Shown here piece after piece: positions 1 to 9,137 of a stretch of DNA of 64,000 bases (its first letter is position 1; every line of letters starts with the position of its first letter). The notes under the pieces are model-generated. The model made no database searches. It was not told the origin of the DNA and saw only the letters and a list, made by a program, of their open reading frames with translations. Both the position numbers and the translations under genes were made by a program. This stretch comes from Rhodobacterales bacterium (GTDB lineage: Bacteria > Pseudomonadota > Alphaproteobacteria > Rhodobacterales > Rhodobacteraceae), in contig JBBRKS010000001.1 of the NCBI GenBank assembly GCA_038231775.1, positions 22,938-86,937 on the forward strand, in the 5' to 3' direction.

Positions 1-1
1 T

Positions 2-715
2 CTGACGGCGATCGGGGACATGTTGGATGCGATCACTGAAAACCCTGATCGGGTTGTTGCGGCAAACCAGTTGCTTGACCTTCTTCTGAAAGTTGGGGGC
101 GGTACGGTATCCACGGCTTTGGGGCTGTTCGGCGATTTGAAGTGGCTGAAAGGCAAAAAGCCTGAGACTGTTGCACCTCAACCGAATGGGACAGTTATAA
201 TCGTCAAGGACGGCGGCACGGTGGTTGTCGACCAACGGACGCTGATTTTGTTGAATGACCTTTCAACCCGCGAAGCTGTCGAGGAGTTTGGGCGAAAGGC
301 TCTTGGCGTCGCCGGAGTCACGTCGATCAAACTTAGCGAAAATGACGACGGTCCCGCCCTTCATCTGGAAAAGGGCGACCTGATTGCCCTGAAAGTCCCG
401 GATCCAGTCATTGACGAACCCCTCATCGAGAAGATCGAGCGCGAAGTCCTCCTTCGTATCATCACCGCTGCCTTTCGCGACGGTTACAAATGGCGGTTCT
501 CAGATGGTGGTGAGAAACCTTTCACAGCCGAAATGCAGGACATGGGTTTCATTGCGGATGTCATCAATGGGAAGACGGCGCTCTCAGCCAACGACACCCT
601 GCGATGCCGTATCGCCGAAGAGCAAACACTTGGCGCGGCAGGATTGACCAAGGAGGTCGTAGTCATGCTGGTCTTGGAACATATCCCCGGCCCAACACAA
701 CTGAAGCTGATCTAA
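2..715 (+). CDS. Uncharacterised prophage-accessory protein, 5' end probably outside the window
   Basis: ORF 20..715; the frame stays open back to base 2 (LTAIGD-M). C-terminal GYKWRFSDGG...FTAEM.D.GF...V..G.....ANDTLRC motif resembles a widespread uncharacterised cargo family. Convergent with the phage methylase. Confidence 0.75.
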   Translation: MTAIGDMLDAITENPDRVVAANQLLDLLLKVGGGTVSTALGLFGDLKWLKGKKPETVAPQPNGTVIIVKDGGTVVVDQRTLILLNDLSTREAVEEFGRKALGVAGVTSIKLSENDDGPALHLEKGDLIALKVPDPVIDEPLIEKIEREVLLRIITAAFRDGYKWRFSDGGEKPFTAEMQDMGFIADVINGKTALSANDTLRCRIAEEQTLGAAGLTKEVVVMLVLEHIPGPTQLKLI

Positions 716-772
716 GCCCGCTCAGGATTCATGCCCGCTGTTCTGCGTCCGGAGGAGTTGCAGTGGAAGAAA

Positions 773-1603
773 CTACAACGCTTCGGTCTTCCCCAGCTTC
801 CTGTTCGAGATCAGCAGCTCCGCCCGCTCCGGAGAGGTCCCGTTGCTGGCGATGGTGTAGGTGGTTTTCACCTCCGCCATCTCGAACCCGGCGAAGCAGG
901 CGCGCACCTCGGGCAGGTCATTCAGGCTCAAAATGAAGCGCCCTTTAAGGCTCCTTAAACGGGCGCTTAAATCCTCGAACCGCGCCCGGCTGAACAGCGC
1001 CTTGCCGTAGTCGCCCTCGCAGCCCCAGTACGGCGGGTCGAGGTAGAAGAGGGTCGCGGGTGTGTCGTACCGGCGGATGAACTCATCGAAGTCCAGGCAT
1101 TCGATGACCACGCCAGACAGCCGGCTGTGCAGGTCTTCCAGCATCGGCTCCAGGGTGGACAGGTTGAAGCGGCCCGGCCGGTCAGGAGAGACGCCGAAGT
1201 TGCGGCCCGAAACCTTGCCACCGAAGGCAGTCCGCTGCAGGTAAAGAAAGCGCGCTGCGCGTTCCAGATCGGTCAGGGTGTCGGGGTTGGTATCGACCAG
1301 GCGGCAGAGCTCCGCCCTGGTCGTCAGTTGAAACCGCAACACCTCCAGAAACTGCGGATAGTGGCGCTGCAGGATGCGAAACAGGTTGGCCACGTCTCGG
1401 CCGGCGTCGTTGATCACCTCTGCCCGCGGACGCGATGTCCGTCGCAGAAAGATGCCGCCCATGCCGACAAACGGCTCGGCATAGGTGCGGTGACCCGTGT
1501 CGGCATCGATGAGGGCGCAGATGCGCTTGGCGAGATTGCGCTTGCCGCCCATCCAGGGGGCGACGGGATGAACTGGAGTGACGCTTGTTAACGGAGATTT
1601 CAT
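773..1603 (-). CDS. Phage DNA adenine methyltransferase (Dam/D12 class)
   Basis: PWMGGKRNLA, YAEPFVGMGGIF, NDAGRDVANLF and FYLDPPYWG motifs all intact. ATG at 1603 preferred over the track start at 1720. Confidence 0.93.
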   Translation of the reverse strand: MKSPLTSVTPVHPVAPWMGGKRNLAKRICALIDADTGHRTYAEPFVGMGGIFLRRTSRPRAEVINDAGRDVANLFRILQRHYPQFLEVLRFQLTTRAELCRLVDTNPDTLTDLERAARFLYLQRTAFGGKVSGRNFGVSPDRPGRFNLSTLEPMLEDLHSRLSGVVIECLDFDEFIRRYDTPATLFYLDPPYWGCEGDYGKALFSRARFEDLSARLRSLKGRFILSLNDLPEVRACFAGFEMAEVKTTYTIASNGTSPERAELLISNRKLGKTEAL

Positions 1604-1752
1604 ACGAATCGAACCTTCTGTGCCTGCCCGAAAGGGCGATGCGGCCATAAGGTTTGTCTGGTCGGCGGGGTTGTTTGAATGGTCCCCGAGTTGGGGAGGG
1701 TGCCAGCCCTCCCCGGCCATCCTCTCTCAGGATGCAGCGCGAGTTGTCGTCG
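1604..1752 (-). promoter_or_regulatory. Structured leader upstream of the methylase
   Basis: Perfect 8-bp stem GGGGAGGG/CCCTCCCC (1693-1714) and a GCCC-N4-GGGC stem (1625-1636). A 9-codon uORF (1756-1727) overlaps the upstream stop. Confidence 0.4.
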
Positions 1753-2848
1753 TCATGCCTTCATCCAGATGGCCGTCGCCGCGTTGCTATTCAGGTCAGA
1801 CGATGTCCAACCCCATGTCGACGGAGCCGCGCTCGAATAGGTGAATGCGCGACGGAGGATCTTGCAAGCGTTGGTGCTGGGTGTACCTCCATTGATATCG
1901 GGGGTCGCAGACGTAGGCCACGCGGACAGGACTGCAGTCGAACTGTGCCTGATGCCGAACCAATATGTCGCACCCTGAAGGAGCGTCTGTGCAATCACAG
2001 CCGTCTTGATGCCCGTGGAGGAAAAGTCCAGGTCACCTGTTTCGAGGATCAGCGCATTCGGGCGGCCATTCGCGTCACTGTCGTACATCACGATCTTGCC
2101 GACGGCTCCGGCAACCGCACCGGTCACGTTGACTGACAGCCCGACGACAGCAGTGTCGGCGCGGGCCGTGAAGGGAAAAATATCCAGCCGGTCAGCAGCG
2201 CCGGACAGCGTTCCCGGGGCGCTGCCAGACCCCAGCGTTGTCATCATGTGATCGCCCGAAACAGGGGTCAGCCACGCAGCACCTGCATTGGCACCAACGA
2301 TCACAGCGGCGCCGTTGGACTGTCCCTTGAACCGCTTCTGAGTTGCGTTGTACCAGATTGAGCCATCAGCTGGGCCACCTGGATCGGTGGCAAGGCCAGA
2401 CAGGACGACTTCCGAGGTAAAAGTCTCCGACCCGTCACGGTTTGCACCCCGCTTAGCGTGACGGGTTTGCCAGTGTCGTTGCTGCGGCTGCGGCAGAGAC
2501 GGCAGCAGCGTTGGCCGATGCCTGAGCCGCCGCTGTGCTTGCGGGTGTCAGTTCATAGCCGCCCGCTTCGAGGCAGGCGCGCAACGTGGCGGGTCCGATA
2601 TCCGGCACGATCATGGTCAGGGCCCATGTCTTGGGGGCCAACTGTGCTGTGCCGACGTAGCGTCCGGGCAAAGCATTGAATGTTACCAGCCCATCGATGT
2701 CGGCGGTCACATGAACAGCAGTGGGCAACTGGGCGGCGAAGATACCGGACTGCACGACTTCCGGGTGTGGAACAAATTCAAGAATTGCACCGGCAGCCGC
2801 TTGGCCCGACGCCTGCAAAAGGGTGCCTGAAACAAGCGTCATGGTCAT
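1753..2848 (-). pseudogene. Phage tail/fibre-associated protein split by two single-base frameshifts
   Basis: ORFs 2453..2848 and 1753..2304 join via VTLSGVQTVTG then ETFTSEVVLSGLATDPGGPADGSIWYN, read in successive frames with shifts near 2464 and 2428. Confidence 0.65.
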
Positions 2849-3927
2849 TCCCACGTGATGTTGAGGCTGCCAGCGTCAAAGGTGTCCGTGCCGTTCACGG
2901 TCGTGAGCCTGATCATGCCCAAGACGCCTCCGAGGGCGAGTGAACCGGCGCTGACGCTGACAATCGAGTTGGATCCGGCGACAATTCCGGATTCGCCCCA
3001 GATATTGCCGCCCATATGGACCAGTTCGATGCATCCAGTCTTTGCGGTTGCGGCTGAAGTGGATTGGCTGACCGCGAACCCTCTGGTCAATGAACCACCT
3101 GTAGATCCGGTCTGGCTGAACGCTGCGTATCCGGCAGTCGTCGGCGAACTGCCGACGCCCAGCTGCACGATGATATCCGGGCTTCCGTTGGTCGAAACGC
3201 CGTTGAGCATCACCTTGACCCGTTTGGCCCACGCCGGGATGCCGGTAAAGTCCTTTGACGTGCCCCTGGTGGTCACCTGCGATGTGCCAAGGATCAGCTT
3301 GTTGGCGGTAAAGACGGCTGCGTCCAACAGCGCTCCGACCGTGCCGGCAGTGATATCTGCGGCCACGGCCAGATCGGTTGCACCGTACGCGCCAATCGCC
3401 GTGCGGGCCAAAGGCCCGCTGGCCGCTTGCAAGACAGACAGCCCGGTGGCGGTCGCTCCGGTTGGCAATTCGACCCATGCCTGCCACGTCCCGCCTGACT
3501 TGCGCTGAACGAACATCCGGTTGGAAGCCAGCGCGAATGCGACATTGATGCCGCCATTGGTGGTCGGCGCGGCGAGGTGGATGTCGGCATAGGCCGAGGT
3601 GATCGCAGGCAGGCCGGTAGCCCCGCTTGACGCATAATAAAATCCCGGCACCGTCAGATTGGAAACATCGGTCAGGGCCGTGATCGTCGTCGCCCCCAGA
3701 CCGACGGCCAGAAGGTCATCCAGATCCCAGCCACTGTTGGCGGGATTGCGCCTGCGACGGGTTGGCGGCGTGGTCGACGTGTCCAGCCAAGGCATGCCCG
3801 ACACCGGGCTGGCAGGGGCGGATGCCCCGCTGTTCACACTTTGAATCGCGCCAAACAGGGCGTTCAGGGCAGCGAGAACGGTGATGCCGTCTCCGTCTGC
3901 GATGGCATAATTTGATACTTGGCTCAT
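2845..3927 (-). CDS. Phage tail fibre protein with pyocin-knob-like module
   Basis: N-terminal NSGASAPASPVSGMPWLDTS; central SNLTVPGFYY...RMFVQRKSGGTWQAWVEL; C-terminal DFTGIPAWAKRVKVMLNGVSTNG. ATGA-coupled at both ends. Confidence 0.8.
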   Translation of the reverse strand: MSQVSNYAIADGDGITVLAALNALFGAIQSVNSGASAPASPVSGMPWLDTSTTPPTRRRRNPANSGWDLDDLLAVGLGATTITALTDVSNLTVPGFYYASSGATGLPAITSAYADIHLAAPTTNGGINVAFALASNRMFVQRKSGGTWQAWVELPTGATATGLSVLQAASGPLARTAIGAYGATDLAVAADITAGTVGALLDAAVFTANKLILGTSQVTTRGTSKDFTGIPAWAKRVKVMLNGVSTNGSPDIIVQLGVGSSPTTAGYAAFSQTGSTGGSLTRGFAVSQSTSAATAKTGCIELVHMGGNIWGESGIVAGSNSIVSVSAGSLALGGVLGMIRLTTVNGTDTFDAGSLNITWE

Positions 3928-5686
3928 AGGACAACCTCAGCTTGCAGTTTCAAAAGGGTGACGCGGGGCACGTAGGCGGGGTCAGTGGTGCGCAATTGAG
4001 CGCGTCCCTTGATGCCGCGCGCCATCAGTTCGTGGGCCTCGACGCGTTGCCAGCCCGACCAGACGGCCCCGCCTGACGCTGGATCATCGCTGGTCAGGTT
4101 GGCCTCCATCGTGACGTCGGTTTCGGCCCCGGCCGCACCGCCAAAGCACTGCCAGACGCTGATCGGCCCGGTCCGGCGCGAGATGCGGTCGTAGATGGCG
4201 CTTGAGGCTTGGTTGATCACCGACCGCAGGCGGACGCGCTGCGGGGTGCCAAGGTCCATCGCGACCCCGAACTCATAGGTGCCGGCAAGACGCGCCTGCC
4301 CGTCCAGCCAGGCGACCGAGGCCACACCGGAAAGGAGCGTGATCGAACTGAAGAGCCGGGTGCTGGTCAGGACCAGCCCGCCGCTCGGCAGCACGCCAAC
4401 GCCCGTCCGCGGCCCGGCAAAGAGCGTGTCATCCATCAAGAAAGCCACCGGCGAGAACGTCAACGCGCCGATCCCGTCGGTGGCGATCGTGACGACGGGG
4501 CCCATGCGCCCACCACTGTCCACGGCCGCCAAAAGGTAGGTGCCAGGCTTCAGGCTGACCACTGCGATGGCCTGTCCGCCCTGGACCCGGTCCATGCTGA
4601 CCGACGAAGACCAGTCAGGCGAGGTTACGGCGGAATGACGGATCACGATCGACCCGCCGATCCGCACGTCCAGATCGGGATGCAGGTTCCATTTCAGGAC
4701 GGCAAGTCCGCCCGCTGATTGCATCGAAATGCCCGTGATCGGCGCAGGCAAAGCCGCCAGACCGAAGATCTCGGCGTTAGCGGCGGCCCACGCGGATCGC
4801 ACGCCCACGGCGGATACCGCCCGGACCCGGAAGGTCCAGCTGCCCGGCGTGATATCCAGAACTTCCAGTGCCTGCGCGCTGGGGCTGCCCAGATCCTGCC
4901 ATGCCCCGCCCGCATAGGACACGGTCACTTCATAGCTTGCGATCAGGGCCGCGTCCGTCGTCGCCCATTGCAACGTCGCCTTGGCTTTCACGCCGTCCCC
5001 GGCCAGCGTGACATAAAGTCCCTCTGTCACCGTGGGCGGGCTGGGCTGACCAACATCGAATGCGGACGGCAGGCTGGACCGCGGGGCTGCAGCGTAGATC
5101 TGCGCTTCACTGGCCGCCCAGTCGTAGATCAGGGGTGAGGTCTCTGTCAGGCTCAGGTCAGGCACCAAAGCGCCGCCCTCGATGGCAAGGCTCAGGGCCG
5201 TCACCTCAAAGGGTTTGGCGGCAAAGCCCCAGCGCGCATAGGTCAGCGGCACAACATCCCCGACAGTCGCCCGCCACGCGGACAGCTTGCCGGGGAACTG
5301 GACCGACATCTGCCGCCTGCGCCGCTCCAGATGGATCTTGGCCAGGCGCTGCGCCATGGTCGAGGAGATCGTGAAGGGCAGCGTGATATCCGCCCAGATC
5401 CGCTCGCCGTTGTCTTCGGCCAGATAAGTTGCACTGGTCCATGCCGGGAAATCATCCGCCTGCCAGTCATGCTCGGGGCTGACGAATTGCCCGCGAACCG
5501 CGTTGAAGTTCTGGGCCCGCGAGGCCCTCGTGGTCAGTTTGATCGCGCCGCGCGCGTCATCCGCCGTCAGGGGATCGGCCGGCATGCGGTAAGCCCCGGC
5601 CCGAATGCGCCATGAGCCATCGGGTTAAGCGCATGGCCCGCCATGGCGGTCAACATCGCTTCTATGACGGTGCGCGGCGGCGCGGA
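3924..5686 (-). pseudogene. Tail-tip/host-specificity J-like protein, N-terminally deleted and frameshifted
   Basis: 553-aa ORF begins mid-domain (NFNAVRGQFVSPEHDWQADDFP; FN3-like WTFRVRAVSAVG). Upstream PRTVIEAMLTAMAG is in another frame; one base is missing near 5620 before WRIRAGAYRMP. Confidence 0.85.
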
Positions 5687-5885
5687 CACCTGACGTGTTG
5701 TCGGCGTAGGTCTGGGCCACGCCGACGCCAAAACTGCCGGTCGCAATGGCACCTTTGATCAGATAACCGGCAGCATTGCGCATCAGGAGAGCGCCCTTGA
5801 AGATCTTGGACACGGCACCCATCAGGCCCACACGAAGGTCGCCCGATTTCAGGGGGGTATTGCGGTCAGCGGTCAGCGCAACCAT
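5687..5885 (-). pseudogene. Mu-like head decoration/cement protein, 5' fragment fused to the J gene
   Basis: MVALTADRNTP...LLMRNAAGYLIKG...YADNTSG, then an abrupt switch to J-type sequence. Confidence 0.75.
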
Positions 5886-6481
5886 CAGACAGTTCCTTTC
5901 TTGCGGTCGTCAGCCATCAGTTCGGCCAACAGTTTCGGATCACGGCCCAACGCGCATGCGGCGGCTATCTCATCGGCGTTAAGCGCAATCGTGCCGTCCG
6001 CAGAAACCGGCGGCACGAGCGTGGCCCCGCTGGGCCCAAGGACCGGTATCTTGCCGATGATGTCCTCGGTGCCGGCCGGGTCGGACATATGCAGGGCGAT
6101 GAAGCGGTCCCGTGACGGCCTGACGCCCACATGACCGGCGCGGATCGCCCCGTCGACGAAGGCCGTGGCCTTGTCGCGCATGCCGCCGTCGCGCAGCGCC
6201 TTGAATTCGGTCGTGATCGTGGCCAGTTCGACCTGCAACGCCACAACTTCATCGGGCAGTGCAGCTGACTTGGCCTGCGCAGCTGCCAGAATGGCCGTGC
6301 CGTCGCCGGATGTGACGCCCAGAGCGGTGCCGATTGCGGTCAGTTGCGCCTGGAGTGCGGCCTGCCTGGCAGGTTCGGCCTTGTCCGCCTTGGCCTCAGC
6401 GCTCATGGCCGCAAGGATGTCTGCCTCCGAGGCATCTGGTTTCAGACCCAGCATCTGGGCCACTTTTGCCATGAAGTTCAT
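5885..6481 (-). CDS. Internal scaffold (gpZ-like) ORF within gpI
   Basis: CAGGAG SD 6 nt before ATG at 6481; MNFMAKVAQMLGLKPDASEADILAA followed by helical Ala-rich sequence; downstream of the nonsense codon. Confidence 0.6.
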   Translation of the reverse strand: MNFMAKVAQMLGLKPDASEADILAAMSAEAKADKAEPARQAALQAQLTAIGTALGVTSGDGTAILAAAQAKSAALPDEVVALQVELATITTEFKALRDGGMRDKATAFVDGAIRAGHVGVRPSRDRFIALHMSDPAGTEDIIGKIPVLGPSGATLVPPVSADGTIALNADEIAAACALGRDPKLLAELMADDRKKGTV

Positions 6482-6970
6482 GGATGTCTCCTGATTGAGC
6501 GCGACCAGACCGCGCAGGTTGGGGTAATTGACGAGGCTGGCGCGCAGGATGCTGGTCACCTGCCCGGCTTTGTCGTGTTCGATGACCGGTGACAGGCCGC
6601 GGTAGGATTAGTCAGCCAGCAACTGACGCCCTGCGGCACTCCACTTAACTTGCCCCCAGATCCCGTCTGCGCGGGTTTCCATCGCGACGATGCGGCCACG
6701 TGATGGCGAGGCACCGCCCATACCGGCAGCGAGATCAACTGCGTGGTTCTCGTCGATTGTCAGGCCTTTTTCATCGCGAGGATCAGCAGACATTGAGGCG
6801 GCAATGATGCCGGCAGGTTCTGTCACTCTGTAGGGACCGCGACCATCAAAGGTCCGGATTTCGCCATGTGCCGCAGGCAACAGATGCACCCAATCGGGCA
6901 CGCCGTCACCAGGCGGCAAATCAAGTGCCGCGCAGGTCGCGATCAGAAAGGCGTGGTTCGGCTGGCTCAT
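5885..6970 (-). pseudogene. Mu gpI-like prohead protease/scaffold with in-frame TAA at 6608-6610
   Basis: WVHLLP...FDGRGPY...IDENHA...GIWGQVKWS...LLAD*SYRGLSPVIEHDKAGQVTSILRASLVN reads through in one frame. Confidence 0.9.
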
Positions 6971-7048
6971 GCCGCCACTATCGCGGCAAAGGGTCGGTCA
7001 AATAATCCGCAAGGTTGTGCGGAGACGCACCCCATCCGCCATCCCGGT

Positions 7049-7350
7049 CAGGCCTTACATCATCCGGGCAAAGACACCCTTGTCGCCCCATCGTTTCCAG
7101 CGGTTGTAAAGCGTCTTCGCGGGGCCATACTCCTTGGGGGCATCGAACCAACGTAAACCATTGCGATTTATGAAGATAATGCGACTCAAGACCCGCCGAT
7201 CATCGACACGCGGCACGCCGTGGCTCTTGGGGAAAAAGGGTTGCAGGCGCGCCATTTGTGCGTCGGTCAGCCAGAAAAGGTTGCTCATGGGTCAGTCTCC
7301 TTGCGGAGCCTGAATCACGAAGAAGCAGGAAGATCAACGGGTCCTGACCC
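7049..7350 (-). mobile_element. Truncated IS5-family element (IS427-like), left end plus partial orfA
   Basis: End GGGTCAGGACCCGTTGAT (7350-7333) next to TA. MSNLFWLTDAQMARLQPFFPKSHGVPRVDDRRVLS...YNRWKRW, premature TAA at 7055-7057; similarity ends about two codons later. Confidence 0.9.
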
Positions 7351-7659
7351 TAGCGCCCCTTTTACTCTGATTGTCCTTAATTAACGGCCACTTAAACGGT
7401 CCCACGTCTAGTTGCCGCAACGAGACCCTCCAAGCCCGCCGACCACTCGAAAGCCTCATTTTCGGCGTTTCCTGCCGACAAGCCGAATGTGGCCAACGGC
7501 ACCTGCTTGCATCGTGCAAGGCCTTGATTACCCGTCGATAATCGCTGCCTCCCAGCAATTTCCACTTGTTGCCACTTTCCTGCAGACTCTGGTGTCAACG
7601 CACAGCGGCGCTTCTGGGCAGGGGCAGTGCTGCCCACAGCCGGGGCAAAGAAAGGCATG

Positions 7660-8202
7660 TCACAGGATGGCGGTTGCGAATTTGTACAGACGGTTGCCCT
7701 GTCGGTACAAGACCGCAACCGCGACGGCTGCTGCGATGCCGACCAGCGCGCCGCCTGCGACATCAAGGACGTAGTGGACGCCGACGAACACTCTGGCCCA
7801 GGCGATAAGCAGTGCTGCGACCGCCAAGACCGCTCCACGCCATGTGACACCCTTGATCAGAAACACCGCGGCAATCGCGGCAGCCGCCGTCGCGTGGTCT
7901 GACGGAAATGACCAGTCCGCGCTTTTGGCGATAACAAGGTGCGATACGCCAAGGTCATAGGGGCGGACGCGGTGCACAAAAAGCAAGATCATCTGGTTAA
8001 GACCAAGACCGGCAAAGAACGCCAGCCCGGCAGAAATCGCCGTATGCCGCAGGTGAAGGCGATTATTCCGGCTGAACCATTGAACGGCAACAAAACAGGC
8101 CATCAGGGGAACGCCGTACACCGCCACGGCGACCGCCACCGCTGACAGATGCGGGTTTCTAAGCGCCGGGGCGTTGATCCACTGGGTAAGTGTCTGGTCC
8201 AT
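7660..8202 (-). CDS. PAP2-family phosphatase (BcrC/undecaprenyl-diphosphatase-like)
   Basis: HRVRPY, SFPSDHA and ARVFVGVHYVLDV motifs; hydrophobic helices. Confidence 0.9.
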   Translation of the reverse strand: MDQTLTQWINAPALRNPHLSAVAVAVAVYGVPLMACFVAVQWFSRNNRLHLRHTAISAGLAFFAGLGLNQMILLFVHRVRPYDLGVSHLVIAKSADWSFPSDHATAAAAIAAVFLIKGVTWRGAVLAVAALLIAWARVFVGVHYVLDVAGGALVGIAAAVAVAVLYRQGNRLYKFATAIL

Positions 8203-8276
8203 GATGCGCGTGGCTTTGCGCTTTAACCTCGTTAGGGTCAAGTCTGACCGAACGGCTAGTCTGGCGACTTGACCGC

Positions 8277-9065
8277 CTAAAGATCAAACGTCGCAAAGAC
8301 AGGGACGTGGTCACTGCCCTTTTCCCAGGCGCGAACGTCGCGCAGGACGCGACTGCTGTGGGCGGAGGAGGCGATGTCCGGCGTTGCCCAGATGTGGTCC
8401 AGACGGCGGCCCCGGTCGCCGGCCTGCCAGTCAGGGGAGCGGTACGACCACCAACTGTACAGGTTGCCGGTGGGAATATCCTGACGGGTGATGTCAACCC
8501 ACGTCCCGGCCTCCATCACGTTGTGCAAATGTTCAACCTCGATGGGGGTGTGCGAGACGATCTTCAGCAGTTGCTTGTGGCTCCACACGTCATCCTCTCG
8601 CGGGGCGATGTTCAGGTCACCGACCAGAATGGCACGGTCAGGCCGCTCCCACCGGAAATGGTCGCGCATTTCGGTCAGAAAATCGAGCTTCTGGCCAAAT
8701 TTCTCATTCTGGTCGCGGTCTGGAATGTCACCTCCGGCGGGGACATAGCAGTTGTGGATCGTGACCCCATTTTCCAGCCGGGCGGCAACGTGGCGGGCAT
8801 GGCCAAGGCTGGCGAAATCCCTTTCGCCGGCATCGACGATGGGCAGCTTGGACAGGATCGCCACGCCATTGTAGCCCTTTTGCCCGCGCGCCACCATGTA
8901 GCGGTAGCCCAAGGCGCGGAACTGATCTTGCGGAATCAACTCCACCGGGCTTTTGCATTCCTGCAGGCACAGGATATCGGGCTGTTCTTGGGCCATCAGA
9001 CGCGCCACCAACCCTTCGCGCAGGCGGACAGAGTTGATGTTCCAGGTGGCAAGGGAAAAGGACAT
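8277..9065 (-). CDS. xth: Exodeoxyribonuclease III
   Basis: ATWNINSVR, LCLQECK, KGYNGVA, GDLNIAP, RLDHIW, SDHVPV. Confidence 0.96.
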   Translation of the reverse strand: MSFSLATWNINSVRLREGLVARLMAQEQPDILCLQECKSPVELIPQDQFRALGYRYMVARGQKGYNGVAILSKLPIVDAGERDFASLGHARHVAARLENGVTIHNCYVPAGGDIPDRDQNEKFGQKLDFLTEMRDHFRWERPDRAILVGDLNIAPREDDVWSHKQLLKIVSHTPIEVEHLHNVMEAGTWVDITRQDIPTGNLYSWWSYRSPDWQAGDRGRRLDHIWATPDIASSAHSSRVLRDVRAWEKGSDHVPVFATFDL

Positions 9066-9137
9066 GGGCGCTCCTGTTTGATGGGCCAAAGCCTAGGCGC
9101 TGCCGCACAAAGCCTCAAGTCCCAAGCAGCGACCGGA

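Larger units (their letters stand above)
773..7048 (-). mobile_element. Degenerate Mu-like prophage remnant (late genes, right end)
   Basis: Co-oriented gpI-like protease/scaffold, head-decoration fragment, tail-tip J-like fragment, tail fibre genes and a terminal DNA adenine methylase. ATGA/TGATG overlaps at 5885, 3924-3927 and 2845-2848. Several inactivating lesions. Confidence 0.9.

Noticed and set aside
1753-3927. Invertible tail-fibre cassette or DGR
   Set aside because: No invertase, reverse transcriptase, inverted gix-like sites or template/variable repeat pair seen.
773-6970. Gene transfer agent or tailocin
   Set aside because: Mu gpI-type protease and terminal methylase are not RcGTA features; capsid and tube genes are missing and there are multiple lesions.
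7392-7850. ORFs between the IS and the PAP2 gene
   Set aside because: They overlap PAP2, lack motifs and lack a ribosome-binding site.
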